DNA from: Pseudomonadota bacterium
GTDB taxonomy: Bacteria; Bdellovibrionota; FAC87; UBA2466
DNA length: 51,868 bases
Direction: 5' to 3'
Assembly (NCBI GenBank): GCA_043767805.1
Contig: JAYUGC010000167.1
Coordinates: 1-51,868, forward strand
Numbering within the stretch: the first letter of the stretch is position 1; every line of letters begins with the position of its first letter. Positions 37,864-47,335 of this stretch are shown in pieces. Position numbers and translations under genes: made by a program. A model generated the notes under the pieces. It did no database searches, had not been told where the DNA came from, and worked only from the letters and a program-made list of their open reading frames with translations.

Positions 37864-38355
37864 TTACTGGCAAAGGCGCGTCAGCTCCGGCCCCAAAGCC
37901 GCATAATCCTGAGTCCCCATCCAACGCCCTTTGCGCTTACCTTTATCGTATAGAGCGTTATACGGAAGCCGGTTGGGCCAGGGTTTTTCGATCGCCTCTA
38001 GGTAGGGCTTATCCTCACCGTCTGGCTTTAGGTAGGTGGGAAACGGCGGCTTCAACTGCTTCATCCATTTTTTCGAGAAGTTATCCTGAACGTAAGGAGC
38101 GCTGATGTCTAAAATGATAGGGGTTACCTTAGGATGGGCGGCCGCGAACTTCAAAAACTTCGGAAGCTCCTCGATACAGGGAACGCACCAGGTCGCCCAG
38201 ACATGGAACAGAGCGCAAGATTTCTGCTTCGCCTGACTAATCTCGGCGATAGATAAGGTGACAGGCTTCGAGTCCGCGGCTTTCGCCGGGCCCGGCAGTA
38301 ACGCCAAAGCCAGCAGGAAACTAGCGCTCCGCCACCCGTTTCGACTGAGGCGCAT
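37864..38355 (-). CDS. TlpA/thioredoxin-like exported disulfide oxidoreductase
   Basis: WATWCVPCIEELP; start ATG 38355 with GGAGG RBS. Confidence 0.85.
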   Translation of the reverse strand: MRLSRNGWRSASFLLALALLPGPAKAADSKPVTLSIAEISQAKQKSCALFHVWATWCVPCIEELPKFLKFAAAHPKVTPIILDISAPYVQDNFSKKWMKQLKPPFPTYLKPDGEDKPYLEAIEKPWPNRLPYNALYDKGKRKGRWMGTQDYAALGPELTRLCQ

Positions 38356-39580
38356 CCTGACCTCCGAGAAAAATGACGTCATTCAAGAAGCGAGCCTTGG
38401 AGCCGCCGCCGCGGTAGTGAGAAGCGACGTACTCCAAATTGCGCCGTTCATATTCGATGAGATTATTTTCGGAGAGAGCCATCGTCGCGCGGATCGCGGC
38501 GATGACGTCTTCGGGCTTACCGTGCTCGGCTTGAAAACCGTAAGGGCATTCCACGAGCAGGTCGCCCACGTGGCTCTTTTTCGGGCCGATGAAAATATAA
38601 GGACGGCCGGTCGCGAGCACGCCGTAAATTTTGGAAACGTGGACGAGCCCGTTGACCTTATCGCCCATGACGACCGAGTGCATGTCGGCGAAGGTGAGCG
38701 TCTGGTGCAGCCGCTCTCTCGGCTGATGGCCCACCTGGAGGACGTTTTTCAGCTCGTGAAACTCGCGAAATTGCGTCACGTCGCCGACCCGCATGCCGGA
38801 GCCGATAAAGACAAAAGCTATTTTCTCCTCGTCTCTGAGCAGGCGCGCGGCTTCGAGCAACGTATCCATGGGATGCACGATGCTGTGATTGCCCGAGAAG
38901 AGAACGACGAATTTTCCGTTGAGCCCCAGCTCTTCACGGAACGGATTATTGCGAGGAGCTCCGCGGAAACTTTCCGTATCGAAATCGTGCACCGGCCAGG
39001 GCGGCACGACGTGAATGCGGCTCTTGATGGCGCCATGAGCCTCGACCCGGGCTTGCATCCAACGATCGAGTACGACGATATCCTCGCTGTGCTTGAGTGA
39101 AAAACGCAGACAAGCGGTGAGAAACCGGCCTGCCAATCCGCGGCGGTTCATATAGCCCACGGCAAAGGCAATGTCCGGGTTGATGTCCATCAACCACTGC
39201 ACGGAACGGCACCGCCAGAGGAGAGAAAGAATCGTTCCCACCAGGCCAATGAGCGGCGGGCTAGTGAAAGATACGACGATATCGTGACGAGGCAGACGAA
39301 AGAGCCGCCAGATCAGGGCCAGCTCGAATGTAACCGCATCGACGAAACGATGCAGGAAACTGCGCTTGCCGAAACCCGTCGAGCCAACCCGGTATACTTC
39401 GATGCCACGGTACGTTTCCCGCGCCTTGTGAATCTCTTGCCGCTTCTCGTAGCCGCGGCGGCCGGCAACGACCGAAACTTCGCAACCGTTTTGGACGAGA
39501 TACTCCGCTAAATCCGTCAGCTGCTGGGCTGTCGCGACCGGATCGGGAAAGAAGGTTTGATTGAGGAGGAGGACCTTCAT
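38321..39580 (-). CDS. Glycosyltransferase family 4 (WbuB-like)
   Basis: LNQTFFPD, TSPP, SGNH, SKIYGVLATGRP. Confidence 0.9.
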   Translation of the reverse strand: MKVLLLNQTFFPDPVATAQQLTDLAEYLVQNGCEVSVVAGRRGYEKRQEIHKARETYRGIEVYRVGSTGFGKRSFLHRFVDAVTFELALIWRLFRLPRHDIVVSFTSPPLIGLVGTILSLLWRCRSVQWLMDINPDIAFAVGYMNRRGLAGRFLTACLRFSLKHSEDIVVLDRWMQARVEAHGAIKSRIHVVPPWPVHDFDTESFRGAPRNNPFREELGLNGKFVVLFSGNHSIVHPMDTLLEAARLLRDEEKIAFVFIGSGMRVGDVTQFREFHELKNVLQVGHQPRERLHQTLTFADMHSVVMGDKVNGLVHVSKIYGVLATGRPYIFIGPKKSHVGDLLVECPYGFQAEHGKPEDVIAAIRATMALSENNLIEYERRNLEYVASHYRGGGSKARFLNDVIFLGGQDAPQSKRVAER

Positions 39581-39685
39581 GGGCGACGTTTATTATGGCA
39601 TTGGCGGAGCCTTTTCGTAAGGTGAGGCCGCTAGCGATCCGTCACGATCCTGAGGTATAGTGCGTCATCTTTCCGGAGGACGACC

Positions 39686-40237
39686 ATGAAACCCGCCCCT
39701 TTTCTTTCCCTCATGCTGCTGGCTCTAGTGACGTTTCAAGCTTCCGCGGCCCGCCCTCCGCTTCCTAATGTTTCCCTGGTAAATCAAGAGGGTAAGCCCT
39801 TTCAATTTCACGACTTGAAAGGCAAATACCTGCTGGTTTCGTTCGTTTATTCCCGCTGCCCCATGGCTAAGATGTGCCCCCTCACCATGCGCCTCGTTAA
39901 CCGCACGCTGAAAGTCTGGAAGAAAGCATTGCCTGCTAAGCCCGTCATGGCGGTGGCCATCACCCTCGATCCGAAGAACGACACGCCCGCGATCTTGAAA
40001 GCCTACGGCAAAACCCACGGCGTGGACTTCGCCCAAGTTCTCCTCGCGACAGGAAATGAAAAAGCCCTCGAGGATTTCGCCTCCGAAGTGAACGTAATCG
40101 GGATTCCCGAAGCCAATGGAAGCATCGGCCACAATATGAAAACGGTTTTGGTCGGCCCCGATCTTATCCCCGTAAAAGACTTTAAAGACAACGAATGGAA
40201 GCCTGAAGACGTGGTGACCGCCGCCAAGGCGCATTAG
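39686..40237 (+). CDS. SCO family copper chaperone
   Basis: LVNQEG, FVYSRCPMAKMCP, ITLDPxxDTP, conserved His (GHN); GGAGG RBS. Confidence 0.88.
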   Translation: MKPAPFLSLMLLALVTFQASAARPPLPNVSLVNQEGKPFQFHDLKGKYLLVSFVYSRCPMAKMCPLTMRLVNRTLKVWKKALPAKPVMAVAITLDPKNDTPAILKAYGKTHGVDFAQVLLATGNEKALEDFASEVNVIGIPEANGSIGHNMKTVLVGPDLIPVKDFKDNEWKPEDVVTAAKAH

Positions 40238-40334
40238 GCTTCAAACCCCCTGAAATCATTGAGTAGTAAGCCTTAAGCCCTGGCTAGCCGTGCCTCGGGT
40301 AAACCTGGCTCCGCCGTCGTCCGATACGTTCCAT

Positions 40335-41570
40335 ATGAGCGCACGACTGAACGAAGGCACACAAACATCCCTAATCCGGTTCAAACATCTGCCGCGGCTG
40401 GATGGATTTCGAGGACTCGCGATCCTTGGCATCATGGTTCAGCACCTCATGGTTCTCGACCCAAAGACGCCGGCGGAAATTTTGGCGCGCGATGTTGCCA
40501 TCAGTAGCTGGATCTCAGTCGACATCTTTTTCATTTTGTCGGGCTTTCTGATCACCACGCTGCTTCTCCAAGCCAAACAGACTCCGCACTACTTTCGCAA
40601 CTTCTACGCTCGGCGCGCCCTTAGAATCGTCCCGCTCTACTATCTGCTGCTCGTCGGCTGCTTTTTCATTCTGCCGCTTTTTTCTCACGAGAAAATACAA
40701 GCGACCGGTTTTGTTCTCGATCACAAAGCTTGGTACTGGGGATTCCTGTCCAATATTTTCATCGCCCTCAGAGGGGCTTGGAGTCATCCCGTTTTAGATG
40801 TCTCATGGACGCTTGCGATCGAAGAACAGTTTTATTTGATTTGGCCGATTCCGGTACTTCTGCTCGGCACCAAGAACCTGAAACGCCTGTGTGTCGGCGG
40901 ATTCGGTCTCGTCTTTCTCACGCGCTTTCTCCTGCTCTCTCAGGACGCAAACCCCTGGTCCATCTTTGTCGCCACGCCCACTCGGATGGACAGTCTGTTT
41001 GGCGGATCGTTTCTCGCGGTCTTTCTGGCCACCACTCCCATCACCGAGACCATCAAGCGACGCGTGCGCCTAGCGCTGCCCGCCGTCTTTTTGGTGATGG
41101 TCGGAATGATGATAAACGGCGGCTGGTTCCAGATCGATCCCACGATGCAGAAATATGGCTATACCGTGGTGTCGGCTTTCGTTTTCTTCCTACTGGCTCA
41201 CGTCATTCTCTCGGAACCGGACACGCTGCTGAACCGTTTCTTCTCGTCGAAGTTCATGCGCTTTTTCGGCAAGTACAGCTACGGCATTTATCTGACTCAC
41301 CTGCCGCTTCGCTCGATCGTGCGCGACTACGTTTTCAAGCCGGAGACCTTCGCGTCGTTCGGCCATGTCCTCATTGGACAGGCGCTATTTTACGTAGTCG
41401 CCGCGATCCCGGGGATTCTAGCGGGGTTTCTGTCTTATCATCTCTTTGAGAAGCACTTCCTGAAGCTCAAAGATCGCTTTGCTTCGGAGCCGGTTGCCGA
41501 TCAAAAAATTCCGGACAACGTCGTCTCGCTTCCGACCGAGCGCCTCAAGCGTACCGTAGGCCGCCGATAA
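40335..41570 (+). CDS. Acyltransferase-3 family O-acyltransferase
   Basis: LDGFRGLA, VDIFFILSGFLIT, RRALRI, WTLAIEEQFY, GKYSYGIYLxH. Confidence 0.92.
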   Translation: MSARLNEGTQTSLIRFKHLPRLDGFRGLAILGIMVQHLMVLDPKTPAEILARDVAISSWISVDIFFILSGFLITTLLLQAKQTPHYFRNFYARRALRIVPLYYLLLVGCFFILPLFSHEKIQATGFVLDHKAWYWGFLSNIFIALRGAWSHPVLDVSWTLAIEEQFYLIWPIPVLLLGTKNLKRLCVGGFGLVFLTRFLLLSQDANPWSIFVATPTRMDSLFGGSFLAVFLATTPITETIKRRVRLALPAVFLVMVGMMINGGWFQIDPTMQKYGYTVVSAFVFFLLAHVILSEPDTLLNRFFSSKFMRFFGKYSYGIYLTHLPLRSIVRDYVFKPETFASFGHVLIGQALFYVVAAIPGILAGFLSYHLFEKHFLKLKDRFASEPVADQKIPDNVVSLPTERLKRTVGRR

Positions 41571-41572
41571 CC

Positions 41573-43105
41573 TCAGATTTTCGACGACAGCGGACAAGCG
41601 ACCTTCGGAAAATTCTTAGGATCGTAAGGCGCGGCATGAGGCGGCGTATGACAACCCTTGCAAGAATTTTCACTCACCTTCTTCAAGGTCGTGACCCCCT
41701 CCCCCGGATGCCCGTTCCGGTTTCCGTGACAATGCTCGCATTGAACGCCGAGGTAATTCTGCGCGAGGTTTTCTTTCTCTTCTAATCGCTTCAAAGAGCG
41801 CCAATACGCCTGATGGAGCTTCGCATGTCGCCCGGGTTGTTTTCTCGAGTCGAGAGCGCCCCGGCCCGCGTCGGCTTGAAACACTCCCTTTAGAAAAGTC
41901 TCGACGAAAGCTCCCCTGGTCTTCGCGCCTTCCGGATCGAAGACCAGGGGCTTGGCGATTTTCGAAAAGCCCCCAGGCTCTTGAAAACCGAGGGAGTGGC
42001 AAACGATGCACTCAGGATCCAAATGTTGGTTCTTCGCGTAGAGCACCAAGATGGCGGAAGCGTGTTTGGTTTGCGCCCAAAAATCATATTGTTTGGCGTG
42101 GCAGTTTTTACAATAGGCGGAATGGGCGACGAACGGTTTACCGTCGGCAACCGGTGCCGAATGTTCGGATTGCTTCAGGGCCAAAAGGCGGGTCGCTTCC
42201 TTGTTGTCCTTGATCGCTTTTAAAACCTCCGCATCGGAAGGCGTGTCGGTATCGAGGTTGGTCACTTGGTGATCAAGGCATTCCCGCCCCGGAAGTTTCA
42301 ACCGAATGCGGCCGATCTGCTGCCCTTGATTGAGCGTTTGCACGATGGCGGCGCCCCCGACATGCACCGGCTCGGCGAGCGCATCGAGCGAATGAGCGCC
42401 AACCACCAAATCAACACCTTCGACGCCCGCGCTTTTGCGATCGTCTTCTAAACCTTGGTGGGACACGACGACGACCGCGTCGACTCCCTTGTCTCTAAAA
42501 TCAGAAAGAGCGGCTTTGAGCGCGTCCCCCGGATCGGTGACGTGAATGCCTCCTACACGCTCGAGAGCTTTCTTCCCGACAATGCCCACCAGCCCGATTT
42601 TTAAGCCGGAACGCTCGAGCACTCGGCTCGCCGCAAAAGGATGTTTACCGTCCAGAGTTTCAAGGTTCGCGGCTAGAAAGGTGGCGCCGCTCGCTTTTTC
42701 CAGCTCGAGCAGAAAGGGCAGTCCCCCCACGAAGTCTCGCTCTCCGGGGGTGAGCGCATCGAGGGAAAGCCGCTTGAAGACGTCGGCCATGACTTTGGCT
42801 TTGAGTTTTTCCCGTTCGACTCTCGATGGGTCCATCTCGGGGAGGGAAAAAAAGCTATCCCCCGCTTCCACGAAGATTTTGGCGTCGGCCTCAGGCTTTT
42901 CGTTCTTGAAGTAGGTCGCTAACCGATCCAGGCCGCCCAGCTGGTGGACCTGGCAACCGCAGGGCTCGACCTCGCCTTCTCTTTGTCCGGAGAAATAGAC
43001 GCGGAGGGTGCCCGGAGCCGAGATTTTTGGCCGGGACGCGGAAAAACCCCAGGCGACGGAAACCAGGGTCGAAAGGACGAAAAGGGCGCGAAGCATAAGC
43101 CTCAT
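41573..43105 (-). CDS. UshA/metallophosphoesterase-like domain fused to tetraheme cytochrome c (c554-like)
   Basis: Signal peptide, EPCGC..GG, EAGD, and four CxxCH motifs (CKNCH, CIVCH, CEHCH, CKGCH); start 43105 or 43096. Confidence 0.85.
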   Translation of the reverse strand: MRLMLRALFVLSTLVSVAWGFSASRPKISAPGTLRVYFSGQREGEVEPCGCQVHQLGGLDRLATYFKNEKPEADAKIFVEAGDSFFSLPEMDPSRVEREKLKAKVMADVFKRLSLDALTPGERDFVGGLPFLLELEKASGATFLAANLETLDGKHPFAASRVLERSGLKIGLVGIVGKKALERVGGIHVTDPGDALKAALSDFRDKGVDAVVVVSHQGLEDDRKSAGVEGVDLVVGAHSLDALAEPVHVGGAAIVQTLNQGQQIGRIRLKLPGRECLDHQVTNLDTDTPSDAEVLKAIKDNKEATRLLALKQSEHSAPVADGKPFVAHSAYCKNCHAKQYDFWAQTKHASAILVLYAKNQHLDPECIVCHSLGFQEPGGFSKIAKPLVFDPEGAKTRGAFVETFLKGVFQADAGRGALDSRKQPGRHAKLHQAYWRSLKRLEEKENLAQNYLGVQCEHCHGNRNGHPGEGVTTLKKVSENSCKGCHTPPHAAPYDPKNFPKVACPLSSKI

Positions 43106-43203
43106 TTTCCATTCCAACCAAGGGCTTGCGCAAGAGAGGATGCAGCGCTTCCGAATAGCCGACCTTCCTTGCGACCCCATGGTTCTTCCATTAGCATGAC
43201 AGA

Positions 43204-44010
43204 ATGCTTTTTCGCCTTGGATTGGCCTGCCTTCTTGCCGCTCAGACCGTTTGGGCCGCCCAGCCTGTCGCAGCGCGTATCAATGGCAAGCCCGTGCTCG
43301 AAGCAGAGGTCCGCGGGTGGATCGAGCGCGACCGGGAAAAAGGCCATTCGACTACCCGCGCCGAGGCTCTCGATCGCGTCATCTTGTACCGCCTTTCCTT
43401 AGACGAGGCCCACCGCCGCAAGCTTGAAAAGAAACCCGAAGTCCGGGAAGCCGCGGATCGCGCCCTCTACAAAAGTTTTTTGGACGATCTGAAGGCCAAG
43501 GCGGGAGACACCTTCGCCCCTTCTCGCGAGGAGCTACAGGAGCTCTACGCGGAATCCCCTCTGGTGCGCGTGCGGCATCTGGTACTTTTGACGGACTCTT
43601 CCGAAGCGACCAAGCGAGCTCAAGGGAAGCTCAAGGACATTCAGCAGGCGCTTGCGAGCGGGGATGAGTTCAAGGCCTTGGTGCTCAAGCACTCGGAAGA
43701 CGCGAGCGTGACTTTGAATGGCGGCGACCTGGATTTCCGCGGCCGGGATTCCCTGGAAGATCCTTTCTATTCGATCGCCATGGCCTTGAAGCCGGGCGAA
43801 GTTTCGGGCCCCATGCACCATGCGGGCGGCATTCATCTGATTCAGCTTCTGGATAGAAAGCCTTTCGAAGCCGCCTTCGCGCCCTATCTCGCCTATCTGG
43901 AAGATCGTTTCCGCGAAGAAAAGGAACGGGCATTTTTGGAAAAAGCCCTGTCCTCGCTGAAGAAGAAGGCGAAAATCGAAATAACTCCGGCCACGACGGC
44001 AACCCCATGA
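43204..44010 (+). CDS. Parvulin (PpiC-type) peptidyl-prolyl isomerase
   Basis: VRVRHLV, HSED, GGDLDF, GEVSGP, GIHLIQL. Confidence 0.88.
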   Translation: MLFRLGLACLLAAQTVWAAQPVAARINGKPVLEAEVRGWIERDREKGHSTTRAEALDRVILYRLSLDEAHRRKLEKKPEVREAADRALYKSFLDDLKAKAGDTFAPSREELQELYAESPLVRVRHLVLLTDSSEATKRAQGKLKDIQQALASGDEFKALVLKHSEDASVTLNGGDLDFRGRDSLEDPFYSIAMALKPGEVSGPMHHAGGIHLIQLLDRKPFEAAFAPYLAYLEDRFREEKERAFLEKALSSLKKKAKIEITPATTATP

Positions 44011-44966
44011 GAGAGGAACGTATGGCGGTCAGTAAACTTCTATTTTGCGTCCTGCTCGCGACTTCACTCGTCGGCTGCTCCAAGCGGGCCACCGATCCCA
44101 AGGAACAAATCGTCGCGCGCGTGAACGGAGAATCGGTCTATCTTTACGACTTTGCCATCGTCTATAAGAAGCTCCGCTCGGAGCTGGATGAGATTTCCCA
44201 ACGCAATCCGAAGGTCGTCGAGGACTTGAAGACGCGGGCCTTGAACGAAGTCATCATCATGACCATGCTCCGCCAAGAAGCGGAGAAGAAGCAGGTTCAA
44301 GCCGCGAAGGAAGAAGTGGAAGGCCGCCTGGCCAACTGGAAAGAGGGTTATCCGCCCGGCGGCTTCGAAGAGATGCTTCGCAAGCAGAACACCACCGAAG
44401 CTTTGCTCAAGAAACGCATCGAAGATCAGCTCCTCATCGAGAAGCTCACGGAAGCGATGTTCGGCGCCGAGACCATGGTCTCGGACGAAGAGATGAATCA
44501 GTATTACAACGGCCATCAGAACGAATTCTTCCGGCCGCCCCGGGTACACGCCTTTCAGATCGTGGTGCCGACGGTAGAAGAAGCGAAAAAGATCTCTCAG
44601 GAGGTCTTGTCGGGAAACATCACGTTCGAGTCCGCCGCCCGCAAGTACTCGCTGAGCCCTGATGCCGCGACCGGCGGCGATCTCGGCTTTTTCTCCCGCA
44701 ACGAGAAAATCGCCGCGTTCAACGAAGCGTTTGCCCTCAAAGTGGGTGAAATTTCGAAACCCATCAAAAGCCGTTACGGCACCCACCTGTTGAAAGTGGT
44801 GGAAAAACAGCCTGCCCGGAAACTGAAGTTCCAAGATGCCAAGAACGAAGTCCTCCAGGCCATCAAGAAGCAGAAGGAGATCGCCGTCTATAAGGAGTGG
44901 GTCGCGAAGATGCTCAAAGACGGCGAGATTTACCGGAATGAGACTATTTACGTCACTCTCAACTAG
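44007..44966 (+). CDS. Parvulin/SurA-N domain lipoprotein
   Basis: Lipobox LVGC, VARVNG, GGDLGFF, GEISKPI, YGTHL; start may be 44022. Confidence 0.88.
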   Translation: MREERMAVSKLLFCVLLATSLVGCSKRATDPKEQIVARVNGESVYLYDFAIVYKKLRSELDEISQRNPKVVEDLKTRALNEVIIMTMLRQEAEKKQVQAAKEEVEGRLANWKEGYPPGGFEEMLRKQNTTEALLKKRIEDQLLIEKLTEAMFGAETMVSDEEMNQYYNGHQNEFFRPPRVHAFQIVVPTVEEAKKISQEVLSGNITFESAARKYSLSPDAATGGDLGFFSRNEKIAAFNEAFALKVGEISKPIKSRYGTHLLKVVEKQPARKLKFQDAKNEVLQAIKKQKEIAVYKEWVAKMLKDGEIYRNETIYVTLN

Positions 44967-45957
44967 TTTTCTATTGCTAGCCCTGTGCCTACCCGGCGCC
45001 GCGTTTGCCAAAATCATAGATCGCACGCTGGTGACGGTGAATGACGAGGTCATTCTCGATTCCGACATCGATCGGTTCATCGCCCAGGCGAGATCAAAAA
45101 GCTTCCAGGAGCTTTTCGGCGGGATCAAAGAGGAACAGCTTAAAGATCGCAACGCCGTCCTGCAGATTCTCATCGACGAGAAAATCATCAATCAGCAGGT
45201 CAAGAAGCTCGACCTTCAAGCCGCCGACCAGGAAGTGGAAGGCCAGATCAAGGCCATCGAGAAGAGAAACAATATCTCCCGGGCTCAGCTCTCCCAGCGG
45301 CTGGCTTCCCTGGGAACCACCATGGACTCCTACAAGGACGGCATCCGGCGCCAAATCGAGCGCCGTAACCTCATCGACCGCGAGATCCGCCCGTCTCTCG
45401 AAGTGACTGAGGATCAGATCAAAAACTATTACGCTCGCATGGGCGGCGCGAAAGAGGCCGAAGTCCAGTACCACATCGCCCACATCTTCATCGACGCGAA
45501 AAAGCCCGGAACGAAGCCGAAAGCCCGCGCTGATGAGATCTATAAAGACGTCTCCAAGAAGCCCGAGGAGTTCGCGGCGTTCGTGAAGGATCTCTCCGAC
45601 GATACTTCGTCTCTCGACTCGGGAGGGGACTTGGGCTTTTTCTCCCCCTCCTCTCTCGTCACGGAGTTTCGCAAGATCGTTCCGAAGACCGCGGTGGGAC
45701 AGGTCACGCCGCCCATCAAGACCGCCGCCGGTTATCACATCGTGAAAGTGATCGAAAAGCGCGCTGGCGACTTCGCCAACCTGCCCCCCGAGAGGAAAGC
45801 GGAGATCAGCAATATGATGGCGGGCGCCGAGATGGAACGGAAAATGGCCCTGTGGCTCGAGCGTAAGAAGCGCGACTCCCACATCCGCCAATTCACGACC
45901 GGCGACGCCAAGGTAGAGCTCAAGAAGACGGAAGAAAAGAAAACGGAAGCCAACTAA
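44938..45957 (+). CDS. surA: SurA-like periplasmic chaperone/PPIase
   Basis: IIDRTLVTVNDEVIL.SDI, YHIAHI, GGDLGFF, GYHIVKV; start ATG 44938 gives a signal peptide. Confidence 0.82.
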   Translation: MRLFTSLSTSFLLLALCLPGAAFAKIIDRTLVTVNDEVILDSDIDRFIAQARSKSFQELFGGIKEEQLKDRNAVLQILIDEKIINQQVKKLDLQAADQEVEGQIKAIEKRNNISRAQLSQRLASLGTTMDSYKDGIRRQIERRNLIDREIRPSLEVTEDQIKNYYARMGGAKEAEVQYHIAHIFIDAKKPGTKPKARADEIYKDVSKKPEEFAAFVKDLSDDTSSLDSGGDLGFFSPSSLVTEFRKIVPKTAVGQVTPPIKTAAGYHIVKVIEKRAGDFANLPPERKAEISNMMAGAEMERKMALWLERKKRDSHIRQFTTGDAKVELKKTEEKKTEAN

Positions 45958-45969
45958 GGAACTTACCCC

Positions 45970-47328
45970 ATGAAGGTTAACGAAAAAATTTTCAGAGAGT
46001 ACGATATCCGCGGCGTGGCCGACACCGACCTTACCGATTCGGTCGTATTCCCCTTGGGTCAGGCCATCGCCACTCTCATGCGGGAGCGAGGATGCAAGCG
46101 CGTTACTCTCGGGCGCGATTGCCGGCTAAGTTCCCCTCGCCTTCACTCGGCCATCACCGAAGCTTTTTTGAGCTGCGGCTTGGAAGTGCAGGACATCGGC
46201 GTGGTTCCGACGCCGCTCCTTTACTTCTCCGTCTTCAATCTCGATGCGGACGGCGGGATGATGATTACCGGTAGCCACAACCCGGGCGGGCACAACGGCT
46301 TTAAAATTTGCATCGGCAAGACCACCATCCACGGCGAAGACATCCAGAAGATTAAGCACATCATGCTGAAGGGCGATTTCGCCTCGGGCAAAGGAAGCCG
46401 CAAGGAATTGAACGTCGTTCCCGCGTACTGGGATTACGTGGTGGGTAACATCGCCCATCCGCTCAACGTGAAAGTCGTCGTCGATAGCGGCAACGGCATG
46501 GGAGGCACGGTCGCGGTCGAGCTCTATAAGCGCCTGGGCTGCGAGGTCATCGACCTCTTCACCGAGCCCGACGGCCGCTTTCCCAACCATCATCCCGATC
46601 CTTCGGAGCCCGAGAACTTGGTCGACATCACCGCCGCCGTGAAAAAATCCGGCGCGCCCTTCGGGATCGCCTTCGACGGCGACGCGGATCGCATCGGCGT
46701 GGTCGACATTTCCGGCCGCGCGATTTACGGCGACGAGCTTCTCGTCATTTACGCCCGCGATATTTTGAAAAAGCATCCGGGCGCGGCCGTCATTTCCGAA
46801 GTGAAAGCTTCGCACCGGCTCTACCAGGATGTCGCCAAGCACGGCGGCAGACCCATCATGTGGAAGACCGGGCACAGCCTCATCAAGGCAAAAATGAAGG
46901 AAGAGAACGCTTTGGTGGCCGGCGAGATGAGCGGCCATATGTTCTTCAACGACCGCTACTTTGGCTACGACGACGCCGTCTACGCCGGAGCCCGCTTGCT
47001 GGAAATCATCTCGAAAGAGAAAACCACGCCGGGAAAAATGCTCGCCGACTTGCCTCCGTCGTTTTCGACCCCAGAACTAAGAGTGGACTGCCCCGACGAA
47101 ATCAAGTTCGACGTCGTGGCCAAAGCCCGGGCGAGTCTCGAGAAGGCCGGTTATAACGTGAACGGCATCGACGGGGCCCGGGTCGAGTTCGGCGATGGAT
47201 GGGGACTAGTCCGCGCGTCCAATACCCAGCCCGTATTGGTATATCGCTTTGAGGCTTCTTCTGAAAAACGACTCTCGGAAATCCGGCATATCATCGAGTC
47301 GACGGTCGCCGGCCTCATCAAGCACTAG
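45970..47328 (+). CDS. Phosphomannomutase/phosphoglucomutase (AlgC-type)
   Basis: FREYDIRG, TGSHNP, FDGDADR, GEMSGH, RASNTQP. Confidence 0.95.
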   Translation: MKVNEKIFREYDIRGVADTDLTDSVVFPLGQAIATLMRERGCKRVTLGRDCRLSSPRLHSAITEAFLSCGLEVQDIGVVPTPLLYFSVFNLDADGGMMITGSHNPGGHNGFKICIGKTTIHGEDIQKIKHIMLKGDFASGKGSRKELNVVPAYWDYVVGNIAHPLNVKVVVDSGNGMGGTVAVELYKRLGCEVIDLFTEPDGRFPNHHPDPSEPENLVDITAAVKKSGAPFGIAFDGDADRIGVVDISGRAIYGDELLVIYARDILKKHPGAAVISEVKASHRLYQDVAKHGGRPIMWKTGHSLIKAKMKEENALVAGEMSGHMFFNDRYFGYDDAVYAGARLLEIISKEKTTPGKMLADLPPSFSTPELRVDCPDEIKFDVVAKARASLEKAGYNVNGIDGARVEFGDGWGLVRASNTQPVLVYRFEASSEKRLSEIRHIIESTVAGLIKH

Positions 47329-47335
47329 GAGTGGT

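Noticed and set aside
40300..40327. Sigma28-like TAAA-N16-TCCGATAC before the acyltransferase
   Set aside because: Spacer and -10 both deviate from consensus; single weak instance
42953..42961. Possible selenocysteine in the CxC motif
   Set aside because: Both codons are TGC; no in-frame TGA
43204..45957. Three tandem parvulin PPIases as a novel system
   Set aside because: A familiar arrangement in deltaproteobacterial genomes
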